From the IMG/VR virus record IMGVR_UViG_3300035109_000103, positions 4,800 through 68,799 of that record: a stretch of 64,000 nucleotides of DNA; one strand, written 5' to 3'. A program made the translations under genes and the position numbers. Below the pieces are notes generated by a model. It was not told the DNA's origin. It made no database searches and was given only the letters and a program-made list of their open reading frames with translations. Below, piece by piece: positions 45,072-55,102 of the stretch (position 1 is its first letter; the number at the start of each line of letters is the position of its first letter). Source of the DNA: a virus. Taxonomy: Duplodnaviria > Caudoviricetes.

Positions 45072-45191
45072 ATGTCAGAACAGCAACTCGCCCCTCTGAT
45101 CGCCGCATCGCCGTTTCTGGCGATCGCCGCGATCTGGATCCCCGCCTTGGCTATCCAGGCGATCTGGGGAGACGACGACTATGTCGATTGA
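45072..45191 (+). CDS. Small membrane peptide (39 aa)
   Basis: GGAG RBS; LIAASPFLAIAAIWIPALAIQAIW. Confidence 0.5.
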   Translation: MSEQQLAPLIAASPFLAIAAIWIPALAIQAIWGDDDYVD

Positions 45192-45321
45192 CGCGATCAT
45201 TCGTCGAGCGACCCGCCTGTTCGTCGTCGTCATCGGAATCATCGTCCTCACCGAGGCGATCAGCTTCGACGATTTCGACGACCCCGAAGATTGCGCGGCC
45301 TTCGCGCAGCTGGAGAACTGA
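45181..45321 (+). CDS. Small membrane peptide (46 aa)
   Basis: Manual translation; LFVVVIGIIVLTEAI followed by acidic tail. Confidence 0.45.
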   Translation: MSIDAIIRRATRLFVVVIGIIVLTEAISFDDFDDPEDCAAFAQLEN

Positions 45322-45323
45322 CG

Positions 45324-45602
45324 ATGCCATTCGGCCCCCTCACTCCCGGTGTCTATCTGAGCGGCGTGGATCAATTCCTCGCTGCCGAGGAGCAGCCGGA
45401 AAAGCGCTGCGCTTTCCTGGAGAGGCAGCTCCGCGTCATCGACTCGCACAACTGCGCGCTCGAGCGCTGGACGCATAACGGCGGCCGCGGCAACCCGCCG
45501 AGCCCCTTCACGGCTTTCGAGCTGGCGCAGATCACGCTCGAGTTGAGCAAGCGTCTCGCCAATGAACGCGAGGCCGCGCGCCGGACGATCGCTGCGGAAT
45601 AG
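45324..45602 (+). CDS. Hypothetical protein
   Basis: GGAG RBS; 92 aa. Confidence 0.6.
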   Translation: MPFGPLTPGVYLSGVDQFLAAEEQPEKRCAFLERQLRVIDSHNCALERWTHNGGRGNPPSPFTAFELAQITLELSKRLANEREAARRTIAAE

Positions 45603-45611
45603 GAGGACGTC

Positions 45612-45968
45612 ATGGCAATCCACGTCAGATCGACGCCGGCGCAGCGGTCCTCAGACCGCAGGATGTTCGACAGCATCTTTCCGGGCTTCAATCGAACCGT
45701 CGACGAATGCGCGGAAAAGATCGAGGAGGCCGGGCGCGACCTCCGCTCGGATGCGATCGGATTTCGTCGGCTCATCATCGGAAGCCCTTACGAGCGCCTG
45801 ACACTCGCTGGCCAGCTCATCGATATGTGCGAGGAAGATGCCGCCGAGCTGCTCAATCGCGAGATCGATCCACTGACTTTCGACGACGTGCTGGCCTCGA
45901 TCGCGGCGCTCGCCGCGAAGGTCCGCGCTTTGAAGGATCGCTCTGAACTTCTGAAAGCGGCGGAGTGA
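45612..45968 (+). CDS. Hypothetical protein
   Basis: GGAGGA RBS; 118 aa helical. Confidence 0.65.
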   Translation: MAIHVRSTPAQRSSDRRMFDSIFPGFNRTVDECAEKIEEAGRDLRSDAIGFRRLIIGSPYERLTLAGQLIDMCEEDAAELLNREIDPLTFDDVLASIAALAAKVRALKDRSELLKAAE

Positions 45969-46270
45969 CGGCTATGGGAACTATCATCGCCTTTCCGCGT
46001 CGGAGCGCCGGCATGCTTCCCGGTGAGATCGAAGCGCGCGCCTATTACCGGCTCTGCCGCTTCCTGTTCGACCGCGCGCTCGCGGAAGGCGATGCGCGGG
46101 AGGTGATGACGCAGCTTGAAGACGTTCTCGCCTATCCGCTCCCGTTGTTCGGCGATGAGCGGTTGCGAAAGGAGCGCGACGACCTCGCCATGGTGATGGT
46201 CGGGATGGCGTTCGCGCGGTTCGTCGACGATGAGCGCAGAGCGCGCCCTGTCGCGGGGGAATGCAGATGA
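45965..46270 (+). CDS. Hypothetical protein
   Basis: Coupled; IIAFPRR N-terminal motif. Confidence 0.6.
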   Translation: MTAMGTIIAFPRRSAGMLPGEIEARAYYRLCRFLFDRALAEGDAREVMTQLEDVLAYPLPLFGDERLRKERDDLAMVMVGMAFARFVDDERRARPVAGECR

Positions 46271-46506
46271 AACAGGCATGCAACAATTGCCGCTTTTGGT
46301 CCGCGCTCGCCGTCGAGCAAGTCGGCTTTCACGAAGAGGAGTCGACCTGCCTGAACGCGAAGAGCGCCGACTCCGGCGACATAACGCAAGGGCTCGACGT
46401 GTGCGAGCTCTGGGCTGGCGGCGACCTCGGTTCGATCGACGATCCCTGCTGGGGCGTTGAGGATGCGCGCGCGGCTTACGCGAAGTTCGATGGAGATGCG
46501 CTGTGA
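46267..46506 (+). CDS. Cys-containing hypothetical protein
   Basis: CNNCRFW...C...C..W motif typical of small phage metal-binding proteins. Confidence 0.6.
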   Translation: MKQACNNCRFWSALAVEQVGFHEEESTCLNAKSADSGDITQGLDVCELWAGGDLGSIDDPCWGVEDARAAYAKFDGDAL

Positions 46507-46829
46507 TCGTCGGACTCACCATCATGGGCTTCGATTTCGTCGCCGACATCACCTACCGCGTGACGAGCTGGGGCTGCGATGCTCACTACGGATCGTCGAC
46601 CTATCCCGGCCATCCGGCCGAGCCGCCGTCGTTCGAAATCGATCGTATCCGACTCTATCGCGACGTTCCGCTGACCGCCGAAGAGCATCGGCGCAAGGTC
46701 ATCAAGACGCCGATCTTCGAGGCGACCGGCGCGCTGTTCGACGTGCTCTCGGAATTGCCCGACATCAAGGATGCGATCCCGATGGATGCTTTGGAACATG
46801 CAGATACACCTGACCACGACGAATATTGA
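46503..46829 (+). CDS. Hypothetical protein
   Basis: Coupled; PAEPPSFEI motif. Confidence 0.6.
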   Translation: MIVGLTIMGFDFVADITYRVTSWGCDAHYGSSTYPGHPAEPPSFEIDRIRLYRDVPLTAEEHRRKVIKTPIFEATGALFDVLSELPDIKDAIPMDALEHADTPDHDEY

Positions 46830-46841
46830 GAGGGCCGAGCA

Positions 46842-47096
46842 ATGACCACGAACGAAATCATTGAGGCGCAGGCGAACGAACGCGCCCGCCTCGCTGCCGA
46901 AATACGTGCCGAACTGAGCGCGACCGATGACGTCGGAATCCGCGCCGGTCTCGCTATCGCCGAAAGCATCGTGCGCCGCGGGCGCCGGCTGACCGAGACC
47001 GAGAAGTTCAAGAACCTCTGCGACGCGCTCGCCGAGATACCGGAGCTGCCCGTCGATTTGGCTGCGCTGCTCAACGATGTCGGAGGTGGGCCGTGA
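46842..47096 (+). CDS. Hypothetical protein
   Basis: GAGG RBS; 84 aa. Confidence 0.6.
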   Translation: MTTNEIIEAQANERARLAAEIRAELSATDDVGIRAGLAIAESIVRRGRRLTETEKFKNLCDALAEIPELPVDLAALLNDVGGGP

Positions 47097-47308
47097 CGAC
47101 GAAGATCAAAGCCGTCTGGGGACCGGCAATGCCGGATGGGGATCGAACGTGCGGCGCGACGATCGATTTCGATGGAGTGACGGAGATCCTCCAGCGGGTC
47201 GAATTTGGCATTTTGTGGTTCGACATAATCACCGGCGACAAGCTTTCGCGCTCCATCAATGCGCGGCACGTCGCGGAAGTCCTTTACTACGAAAGTGACG
47301 AACTATGA
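47093..47308 (+). CDS. Hypothetical protein
   Basis: Coupled; 71 aa beta-rich. Confidence 0.6.
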   Translation: MTTKIKAVWGPAMPDGDRTCGATIDFDGVTEILQRVEFGILWFDIITGDKLSRSINARHVAEVLYYESDEL

Positions 47309-47658
47309 GCATCTTCACGATCATCGCGATCGACGAGAGCATGGCGACGCAGGAGTATGTTCTCCCGCCGCGCCCTGGCTATGACGCGCTCAAACGCGTG
47401 CTCGGCCCGATCTTCGAAGAGCAGCGCAAGGGCGCGCATTTCGAGCATGTCGCTGTGCTCGGGGACGATGGGCGGCCCACCGATATGTTCGTCGACGACA
47501 CGGGCGCTCTCCTTGGGCATCCCATCAATCTCGCTGCCACGCGCGTCTACCATCGGGCCAGCATCGCGCGCGGCGAGCACCATGAACGCGGGATCATCCC
47601 CGGCGCGCCGATGATTTATGGACTCGTCGTCGTCTTCGATCGCCGCGTTTGGTTTTAG
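47305..47658 (+). CDS. Hypothetical protein (DUF3846-like)
   Basis: MFVDDTG.L...PIN..AT..Y...IYG.VVV pattern. Confidence 0.55.
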   Translation: MSIFTIIAIDESMATQEYVLPPRPGYDALKRVLGPIFEEQRKGAHFEHVAVLGDDGRPTDMFVDDTGALLGHPINLAATRVYHRASIARGEHHERGIIPGAPMIYGLVVVFDRRVWF

Positions 47659-47689
47659 GGCTCGCGTCGCAACTCTTTTGAAATAGGAG

Positions 47690-48127
47690 ATGACAATGAA
47701 CTACACGACTGCCGTATTTCTGATCAACAAGAACGTGCGCGCGATCAGAGCGATTTACGAAGCCGACGAAGGCGGGAAGAAAGCCCCGCGCGAGACCTTC
47801 AAGACGCTCGACCAAGATATCGTGGTCGGCGATTTCGTGATCGTCGAGTCCGGCACCAGGCACAACATGACTCTGGTGAAGGTCGTCGAGGTCGACGTGG
47901 ATGTCGACTTCGACTCGGTATTGCCGATGAAATGGGTGGTCGATGTCGTCGACGCGACCGGTCACGCGGGCGTGCTCGCCAAGGAAGAGCAAGCCATACA
48001 GGCGATCAAATCGGCGGAGCTGCGGAAGAAGCGCGATGACCTGAGAGCCGCGCTCATTCTCGACCAGGAAGCGCTAACTGCGCTCCCGCTAGCAGCGATC
48101 GGCAACGCCGAACCGCCAACGGAATAA
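47690..48127 (+). CDS. Hypothetical protein (SH3-like N-terminus)
   Basis: AGGAG RBS; FKT.D..I.VGDFVIV...V.VVEV...KWVVD.VD. Confidence 0.65.
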   Translation: MTMNYTTAVFLINKNVRAIRAIYEADEGGKKAPRETFKTLDQDIVVGDFVIVESGTRHNMTLVKVVEVDVDVDFDSVLPMKWVVDVVDATGHAGVLAKEEQAIQAIKSAELRKKRDDLRAALILDQEALTALPLAAIGNAEPPTE

Positions 48128-48286
48128 TGAGCTTATGTCCCCCGCCTATGACTCCACACCACACAGGGGGACAAAGCAGCAGCGCATGCGCGCTGCTGGT
48201 CTGCTGCGCAGACAAGCCGTGAGAGGGAATGGGCCGTGTGGTGGAAAGTCCGGGGTTCATTCCCTCAATCGGCGCGGAGAGAAGTC

Positions 48287-48445
48287 ATGGCGTCATGCGC
48301 GAAGTGCGGACGGGTGAAAATCCGCAGAGACAAATTGGGGCGCCGCAAGTGCAAGCGCTGCGGCTTTCTCAGATCGAACAGATTTCTTGACCAGGGCGGC
48401 AATCCGCAGCCGCCGATCGCCTGCGAAGAGGTGTCGCTGTCATGA
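48287..48445 (+). CDS. Small zinc-ribbon protein
   Basis: CAKCG...CKRCG; GGAG RBS. Confidence 0.5.
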   Translation: MASCAKCGRVKIRRDKLGRRKCKRCGFLRSNRFLDQGGNPQPPIACEEVSLS

Positions 48446-48678
48446 ACATCATAGCGTTCCTCAAAACCATTCTCGGCGCGGCGGCTACGCCAGCCGTCGA
48501 AGGCCGGCGGGTAGCTCGCGGCCATTCATGTCTCGACGCGATGCACCTATCCGACGAAGACCGTGCGGCCGTGCTCGCGACTCTGAAAGAGCAAGGCGGT
48601 GATGAGCGCAGCGCGCGGAATATCGCGTCTGCCGTTGGCGAGTTCAATCGGCACCGTGTCTCTGAAGTCAGCGCATAA
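48442..48678 (+). CDS. Hypothetical protein
   Basis: Coupled; 78 aa. Confidence 0.55.
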   Translation: MNIIAFLKTILGAAATPAVEGRRVARGHSCLDAMHLSDEDRAAVLATLKEQGGDERSARNIASAVGEFNRHRVSEVSA

Positions 48679-48690
48679 AGGATTGTCCTT

Positions 48691-49719
48691 ATGACCATCG
48701 AAACATTTCAGACAACAACGCTCGGCGCCGCGGCAGCGGCCGTCGTCGAAGGATTGACGCCGAAGCGCGAGCCGTTCGCGCCCGGTATCTATTTCGGCCT
48801 CGACGAAGAGGTCTATCACGCGGACGAGGCTCTTGGTTCGACGGACATGCGCCTACTCGCTCGCAATGCGCGCGAGTTTTGGTGGAAATCGAAGTTCAAT
48901 CCGATCCGGGATGATGAAGACGAGGAAGAGACGGCCCAGTCGAAGGAAACGAAGATCGTCGGGAGGGCCATGCACGCGGCGGTCCTCGAGGGGCACGAAG
49001 CGCTCAAGGACAGATATGCGCCGACGTTCCACAAGGGCAACGTCAAGGCCGGCATAGCCGAGCGGGCGGCGATAGTTTCCGCCGGAAAGGAGCCGATCAA
49101 GTTCAAGCGCTGGCGGCGTATCTTGTTGGCGAGCTCCCTGATCCGAAATGACCCGGAGTGCGGTAGCGCTTTCTCGAATCCTATTGCGACCGAGCTTTCC
49201 GTTTTCTGGATTTGCGGGCGCTCCGGGATGCGAAAGAAGATGCGCCTCGATGCTATCAAGCCGAAGTCGCTCGTCGATTTCAAGACGATCGTGAACCGGG
49301 ACGACGTTCCTTTCGAACAACTCTGCCTGACGCATATCGGGCGCTACGGCTATTACGCGCAGGCCGAGTGCTATCGCGACGGCTGGGCGGAAGTGCCGGC
49401 GCTGATCGCATCCGGCGCCGTCTTCGGCGCCCCATCGACGGAGGCGGTCGACCGTCTTCGCCAAGCCGCGGAGCGCGACCTCACGGCATTCACTTTCGTT
49501 TTCCTGCAAAAGACCGGCGCGCCTGCCGTGTTCGGCACGACGATCAGTCCCGGCAACGGAATTGCGGACAATGGGCGCGCGATCGTCGCCCAGGCGGAAG
49601 CGAACTGGAAAGAATTCAACGAGCGGTTCGGCGGGACGGAAACTCCTTGGATGGTTCCGCAGCCTCTTCGTGAACTCGATATCAATGACATCCCGCCTTA
49701 CGCATTCCGCAGATATTGA
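48691..49719 (+). CDS. RecE / exonuclease VIII-like PD-(D/E)xK nuclease (DUF3799-like)
   Basis: YHAD.ALGST, GRAMHAAVLE, K.RLD......VDFKT, YGY.AQA..Y. Confidence 0.85.
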   Translation: MTIETFQTTTLGAAAAAVVEGLTPKREPFAPGIYFGLDEEVYHADEALGSTDMRLLARNAREFWWKSKFNPIRDDEDEEETAQSKETKIVGRAMHAAVLEGHEALKDRYAPTFHKGNVKAGIAERAAIVSAGKEPIKFKRWRRILLASSLIRNDPECGSAFSNPIATELSVFWICGRSGMRKKMRLDAIKPKSLVDFKTIVNRDDVPFEQLCLTHIGRYGYYAQAECYRDGWAEVPALIASGAVFGAPSTEAVDRLRQAAERDLTAFTFVFLQKTGAPAVFGTTISPGNGIADNGRAIVAQAEANWKEFNERFGGTETPWMVPQPLRELDINDIPPYAFRRY

Positions 49720-49732
49720 AAGGACGATCGTG

Positions 49733-50887
49733 ATGGACACCGTCGCCGCCGAAGTCGAAATCCTTCTCCCGACCGAATACGTCCGGTTCGAAGACGGCAG
49801 CGCTCTGGCGCTGACCGTCCAGGAGAGCAAGGCGCTCGCATTCTTCACGACAGAGGGCGCCGTTGACCCTGTGCTCACCGCGATCCGGCAGGAGATCGAA
49901 GGCTTCTCCGCCGACGTCAGCACGGTGAAGGGGCGCAAGGCGATTGCCGCGATGGCGCGCCGGGTGGCGTCTTCGAAGTCCTATCTCGAGGAGGTCGGCA
50001 AGGAGCTCGCGGCGGCGCAGAAGGAAATCCCGAAAAAGATCGACGCCAGCAGGAAGAAGATCAGGGACACGCTGGACGCATGGCGCGATGAGGTCCGGGC
50101 GCCGTTGACGAAGTGGGAACAGGTGGAGGACGCGCGGATCACGAAGCATCGCGACGCCATCGCGGCGCTGGACGCGGCCGGCCGCGAGCCTGGCGATTGC
50201 TCGTCGGCCGTCCTTCGGGCCGCCCTTGCCAGCGCCACGCAAGCGATCATCGGGCCGCACCTTGAAGAGTTCGCGGCCGAATATGCGACCGCAAAGGACG
50301 GCGCGGTCTCCCGCCTGACGGCCGCCATCGTCGCCGCTGAGAAGCGCGAGGCCGAGCAAGCCGAGCTGGCGCGCCTGCGCGAGGAAGCCACTGCTCGCGA
50401 AGCCCGCGAGCGCGACGCGCGTATCGCCAGCGAGGCGGCGGAACGCGCCCGGCTGGAAGAGCAGCGCAAGGCGTTGGAGGATATCGCGCGCCGGGAGGCC
50501 GCGGCGAAGGCCGAGCGAGACGCGATCGAGGCCAAGGCCCGCGCCGAGCGCGAAGAGGCCGCGCGCCGCGAACGGGAGGCCGCGCTCAGAGCCGACGAGG
50601 AGCGCCTCGCCGGCGAGCGCCGGGAGATCGAACTGCGCCGCCAGGCCGAGGAGGCGGAACAGCGCGCGAGGGCCGCCGGGCTGCTCGCCAAGCAAGAATT
50701 CGAAGCGAAGCGCGCCCAGGAAGCCGCCGAGGCGGCAGTGCGCGAAGCCGACCGTGAGCACAGGTCAGCGATAAATCGCATCGCACTGGACGCCTTCGTC
50801 GAATTTGGGCTCGCACCCGAGGTCGCGAAACAGGTCATTACGCTGATCGCGCAGCGCGTCATCCCGAACGTCACCATCAGCTACTGA
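49733..50887 (+). CDS. Coiled-coil phage protein linked to recombination genes
   Basis: DVSTVKGRKAIA..AR.VA.SK...IDA.RK..RD.LD...DEVR.PLT.WE; C-terminal EHR..IN. Confidence 0.8.
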   Translation: MDTVAAEVEILLPTEYVRFEDGSALALTVQESKALAFFTTEGAVDPVLTAIRQEIEGFSADVSTVKGRKAIAAMARRVASSKSYLEEVGKELAAAQKEIPKKIDASRKKIRDTLDAWRDEVRAPLTKWEQVEDARITKHRDAIAALDAAGREPGDCSSAVLRAALASATQAIIGPHLEEFAAEYATAKDGAVSRLTAAIVAAEKREAEQAELARLREEATAREARERDARIASEAAERARLEEQRKALEDIARREAAAKAERDAIEAKARAEREEAARREREAALRADEERLAGERREIELRRQAEEAEQRARAAGLLAKQEFEAKRAQEAAEAAVREADREHRSAINRIALDAFVEFGLAPEVAKQVITLIAQRVIPNVTISY

Positions 50888-50906
50888 GGCCGGAAGGAAT
50901 TACAAC

Positions 50907-52091
50907 ATGGCGGAAGCGCCTCAAACCAGAGACCTTGTGACTGCGTTCAAGACGCAGATGACAAATAACGAGCGCGAATTTCAGATGGCGCTCCCCGTGC
51001 ATATTCCGGTCGAGCGATTTGTCAGAGTCGTTCTGACGGCAGTGAACGCGAACCCGAAACTGCTTACCGCCGATCGCCGGTCTCTCTTCGAAGCGGCAAT
51101 GAAGGCCGCTCAGGACGGCCTTCTACCCGACGGCCGAGAAGGCGCGTTCTCGACGTTCAGCACGAAGGTGAAGGGTGACGACGGCCGCGACATATGGATC
51201 GACAAAGTTACATGGATGCCGATGATTGCCGGCATCCGAAAGAAGGTCCGCAATTCCGATACGATCGAGACATGGGATGTCCAGGCGGTTCACGACAAAG
51301 ACGAGTTCGACTATGAACTCGGCGACACCCCCTTCATCAGGCATAAACCGCTCATTCGCGGTGATCGCGGGCCTATCATTGCCTTCTACTCTATCGCGAC
51401 ACTCAAGAGCGGCGAAAAAAGCCGCGATGTGATGTCGGCTCATGAGGTCGAATATGTGCGCAATACATATTCGAAGAAGGACCGCGAAGGGAACTTCTCG
51501 CCGGCATGGACGAAATCATTCGGTGAAATGGGGAAGAAGACGCTGGCGCGCCGGCACGCGAAAGTGCTGCCGATGTCGACTGACCTCGACGATCTGCTTC
51601 GACGAGACGACGACCTTTACGACCTGAAGGGCGGCGACGCCGAAGCGCAGGCGGCGAGGCTCTTCAAGCCGGTCGTGAACCCCCTCGCAGACGAATCCGA
51701 CGAAGGCGCTTCCGGCGAGTCCCATACCGAGGAGCAGAACGCGTCACAAGAACCCGCTGCCGAAGGTGAGGGCCACGCGGCAACGGAGGCCGCGGGAGAG
51801 GTAGGAAACGCTACAGGCTTGGGCGCTTCCTTGGGGAACTCTCCCGCGGCTACCGGAACGCACAGCGGCGCCAACGCCGATGGTCCCGCCGCCGACGAGG
51901 CCGGGAAGAATGCGGAAGTCCATGCCGACCCTCTCGCCGCGAACCCCTGGTTCCAGATCGGTGCGAAGGCGGCGCGGGACGGCATGTCGCGCCGTGGGTT
52001 GCCGCCGGAGCTCCGCACGGCTGACCGCGCCGATGATGCCGACGCTTGGTTCACTGGGTTCGATTCCGTGAAGAACGGTGGAGTGTCGTGA
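50907..52091 (+). CDS. recT: RecT family single-strand annealing protein
   Basis: AAQDGLLPDG.E, MPMIAG, WTKSFGEMGKKTLARR..K.LP.S. Confidence 0.9.
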   Translation: MAEAPQTRDLVTAFKTQMTNNEREFQMALPVHIPVERFVRVVLTAVNANPKLLTADRRSLFEAAMKAAQDGLLPDGREGAFSTFSTKVKGDDGRDIWIDKVTWMPMIAGIRKKVRNSDTIETWDVQAVHDKDEFDYELGDTPFIRHKPLIRGDRGPIIAFYSIATLKSGEKSRDVMSAHEVEYVRNTYSKKDREGNFSPAWTKSFGEMGKKTLARRHAKVLPMSTDLDDLLRRDDDLYDLKGGDAEAQAARLFKPVVNPLADESDEGASGESHTEEQNASQEPAAEGEGHAATEAAGEVGNATGLGASLGNSPAATGTHSGANADGPAADEAGKNAEVHADPLAANPWFQIGAKAARDGMSRRGLPPELRTADRADDADAWFTGFDSVKNGGVS

Positions 52092-52345
52092 GCGCCGCCG
52101 AACGCGCCAATGAGGAGGAAGATCTGGCGAGCGCCGAGCGCGCGGCCATCGCCGATCTGCTCGAGAAGGGGTTTCTCCATGTCAAGACGTTCACGGGAAG
52201 TGATGGCGGGGAACGGTTGGCTTGGGCTGGGCGCCTCGAAAAGGAGCTGAGTGTCGAGGGGTGCAAGGTGACGATCCTGCATCGCGCGAGGGTTACGCGC
52301 GTCTATGCGACCCGGCCGAAGCGAGTGGAAAGGTATCCGGCATGA
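52088..52345 (+). CDS. Hypothetical protein
   Basis: GTGA-coupled; 85 aa. Confidence 0.55.
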   Translation: MSAAERANEEEDLASAERAAIADLLEKGFLHVKTFTGSDGGERLAWAGRLEKELSVEGCKVTILHRARVTRVYATRPKRVERYPA

Positions 52346-53466
52346 CGACGTGGTCACCCCAGCAGGACTCGGCGCTCACAGCCGTCTCTCGATGGCTGAA
52401 GACCGGCCCCGGCGCGCCGCAGGTCTTCCGGCTATTCGGCTATGCCGGAACCGGGAAGACAACTCTGGCGCGTGAGTTCGCGGCCGACGTCGACGGCGAG
52501 GTCCTGTTCGGGGCGTTCACCGGCAAAGCGGCGCACGTCATGCATCGAAAAGGATGCTCGGGCGCCAGAACGATTCATTCGCTAATCTATACTGTCAATG
52601 AAGCCGATCAGATGCATGAAGAGCCGAGCTTCATTCGTAACCCAGATTCGCCGGTAAAGGATGCCGCGCTCGTCATTATTGATGAATGCTCGATGGTCGA
52701 CGAAGCGCTTGGGCGTGACCTGCTCTCGTTCGGCACCCCGATTCTGGTCCTTGGCGATCCTGCGCAGTTGCCGCCGGTGAGGGGCGCCGGCTTTTTCACC
52801 GAAGCGCGCCCGGACGTAATGCTGACCGAAGTCCATCGGCAGGCCGCAGAGTCGCCGATCATCACACTCGCAACGAGAGTCCGCATGGGCGAGCGACTTC
52901 AGGTCGGGGAATTCGGCGATGCGCGCGTCATCACGCGCGCTGACGTAACGCAGGAAGCTGTTCTTGGCGCCGACCAGGTGCTCGTCGGTTTGAACAAGAC
53001 CCGCACAGCCTACAATGCTCGCATCCGCATCCTGAAGGGGATCAACGCGGCGGCGCCGACGCCGGGAGAGAAGCTGGTCTGCCTGCGCAATGCGAAGGAA
53101 AAGCGGCTGCTCAACGGATCGCTATGGACCGTCGTCGACACCAAAAAGCAAACGAGCCGGACGAAGGCGCTGGGCGTGACGAAGCTGAAAATCGCGCCCG
53201 ATGATGATGGCGCGCAGGAGCGCCGCGTCGACGTGACGGTGAAGAACGAATTTTGGTCCGGTCACGAGGGGGAGCTCGAGTGGCAGGACAAAAAGGGGAC
53301 CGAGGAATTCTGCTTCGGGTATGCGCTGACGTGCCACAAAGCGCAGGGCTCCCAATGGGACGAGGTGATCGTCTTCGACGAGTCGAGCACATTCCGCGAA
53401 GACAAAAATCGCTGGCTCTATACCGCTGCGACCAGAGCCGCCGAGCGGCTGACAATCGTAATTTGA
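52342..53466 (+). CDS. RecD/Dda-like SF1B helicase
   Basis: GYAGTGKTT, IIDECSMV, LGDPAQLPPV, YALTCHKAQGSQW, YTAATRA. Confidence 0.93.
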   Translation: MTTWSPQQDSALTAVSRWLKTGPGAPQVFRLFGYAGTGKTTLAREFAADVDGEVLFGAFTGKAAHVMHRKGCSGARTIHSLIYTVNEADQMHEEPSFIRNPDSPVKDAALVIIDECSMVDEALGRDLLSFGTPILVLGDPAQLPPVRGAGFFTEARPDVMLTEVHRQAAESPIITLATRVRMGERLQVGEFGDARVITRADVTQEAVLGADQVLVGLNKTRTAYNARIRILKGINAAAPTPGEKLVCLRNAKEKRLLNGSLWTVVDTKKQTSRTKALGVTKLKIAPDDDGAQERRVDVTVKNEFWSGHEGELEWQDKKGTEEFCFGYALTCHKAQGSQWDEVIVFDESSTFREDKNRWLYTAATRAAERLTIVI

Positions 53467-53476
53467 GGGAGGACTC

Positions 53477-53659
53477 ATGAACCCTATCAGGAAGCCCAGT
53501 GCGGAGGAGATCGCCGCGATCTACGGCGCCATCGAAGACATCGATCCGGACATATCGACCGAGACGCTGTTCGCCCGGGTCCGCGATCACTTCGGCGGGC
53601 GGATCAATGACGGCGATATCGCGGCCGCTCTGAAACTGTCCGCCAATTGTTCGGATTGA
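53477..53659 (+). CDS. Small hypothetical protein
   Basis: GGAGG RBS; 60 aa. Confidence 0.6.
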   Translation: MNPIRKPSAEEIAAIYGAIEDIDPDISTETLFARVRDHFGGRINDGDIAAALKLSANCSD

Positions 53660-53666
53660 GATCGAG

Positions 53667-54098
53667 ATGACCAAGATCGCGAAGCCACAAGGTCGCAGTG
53701 TCGAGGAGTGGATCGGCAAGACGCCGGACTCCAAAATCCCCGATCGCGTGAAGCTGCGCATTTGGCGTCGCGAGAATGGCCGTTGCTATCTCACCGGCAA
53801 GAAGATCATGCCGTACGACAGCTTCGAATACGAGCACAAGAAGCGAGTCGAAGACGGCGGGGAAAATCGCGAGAGCAATATCTTCCTCGCGCTGACGACG
53901 CCGCATAAGCGCAAGAGTGCCGAGGAACGCGCGGCGGCCAAGAAAGCCGACGATATCGCGAAGCGGCATATCGGGATCACCGAGCCGAAGCAGAAACTTA
54001 AATCGCGCAGATTTGCCAGGAAGAGGACGATGCCGGCGATCGACAAGAGCGCGCTCGCGCCGCTGCCCAGGCGCATTTTCGGAATCGTGGTGGAATAG
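53667..54098 (+). CDS. HNH endonuclease-like protein
   Basis: GRCYLTG...EYEH......GGENRESN......H..K. Confidence 0.8.
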   Translation: MTKIAKPQGRSVEEWIGKTPDSKIPDRVKLRIWRRENGRCYLTGKKIMPYDSFEYEHKKRVEDGGENRESNIFLALTTPHKRKSAEERAAAKKADDIAKRHIGITEPKQKLKSRRFARKRTMPAIDKSALAPLPRRIFGIVVE

Positions 54099-54114
54099 GA
54101 AGGGGAGCGGTCTG

Positions 54115-54294
54115 ATGCAAAGCGTTCTCGACAATGACCCGCGCATCACGGTGGCCGAAGAAGCAATTCAGAAAATCCTTCTCGAGCTCGAGGAGGAGAT
54201 CGGCGCTAGCGTCGAGTTCGTCGACGTAGACACCCACAATTTTTGCGCGCTGCGGACAAGCGTCTTTCTGACCTCTGAAAGAAAGAGGATGTGA
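54115..54294 (+). CDS. Small hypothetical protein
   Basis: GGGGAG RBS; 59 aa. Confidence 0.5.
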   Translation: MQSVLDNDPRITVAEEAIQKILLELEEEIGASVEFVDVDTHNFCALRTSVFLTSERKRM

Positions 54295-54524
54295 TGGCAC
54301 TCTCGATTCCTCCCCGCCATGTCGTTGACCCGGGCGCTTTGACGCCGGCCGAGGCCGAATTCGTTTGCGCACTTCAGAGCGGAGCGCGTGGTCTAAAGGA
54401 CGCCGCGGAGCGGCTGGGGATCAGTCTGAGATCGGCGCAGCGGCGCTCTGGTGTGATCTGCCAAAAGCTCGGCGCTGCGAACTGGCGCGAGGCGGTCGCG
54501 ATGTGGCGGGAGCGAGCGGCATGA
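54294..54524 (+). CDS. LuxR-type HTH protein
   Basis: LTPAE..F...L..G...KDAAERLGIS.RS.......I.QKLG. Confidence 0.75.
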   Translation: MALSIPPRHVVDPGALTPAEAEFVCALQSGARGLKDAAERLGISLRSAQRRSGVICQKLGAANWREAVAMWRERAA

Positions 54525-55102
54525 CGATCGCTCCTTATCCCCTGCAGTGGCCCGACGGCGTTCCCCGCATCTCCGCGGGACACCGCATCATCAGCTCTCC
54601 ATTCAGGACGGCCTACGACAAGGCTGTCGAAAACGTCGCTCATTCTCTCGCGGGGTTTCAAAAGGACTCCGGCGTAAAGATCGAGCATGTCGTGCTTTCC
54701 TCGAACGTCGACCTGATCAATCGGGCGCCCGCAGATCCGGGCGCCGCAGCTTGGTTCCTGATGGACGGGCAATGGGTCGCTTTCGGAGTCGATCGCTATT
54801 GCAAGGTCGAAGCGAACGTCCAGGCGATTCATCACATCATCGAAGCTCGCCGGGTCGAGCTTCGCTACGGCGGCCTCGCGATCGTGCGGCAGACATTTCG
54901 AGCGTTCATCGCGCTGCCGGCTCCGAGGCGCACGCATTGGACGGAAGTCCTTCATGTTCCGGCGGACGCGACCGCAGAACAAATCGAGCGCGCTTTCCGG
55001 CACGAGGCAAAGACAAGCCACCCCGACGTCGGCGGCTCTGAAGCAGCGATGGCGGAACTCAATCGAGCACGTGAAGAAGCTTTGAAGGAACGAAGATCAT
55101 GA
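54521..55102 (+). CDS. J-domain (DnaJ-like) protein
   Basis: C-terminal VLHV..DAT..QI..AFR..AKTSHPDVGGS..AMAELNRA; N-terminal YPLQWP.G.PR domain. Confidence 0.85.
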   Translation: MTIAPYPLQWPDGVPRISAGHRIISSPFRTAYDKAVENVAHSLAGFQKDSGVKIEHVVLSSNVDLINRAPADPGAAAWFLMDGQWVAFGVDRYCKVEANVQAIHHIIEARRVELRYGGLAIVRQTFRAFIALPAPRRTHWTEVLHVPADATAEQIERAFRHEAKTSHPDVGGSEAAMAELNRAREEALKERRS

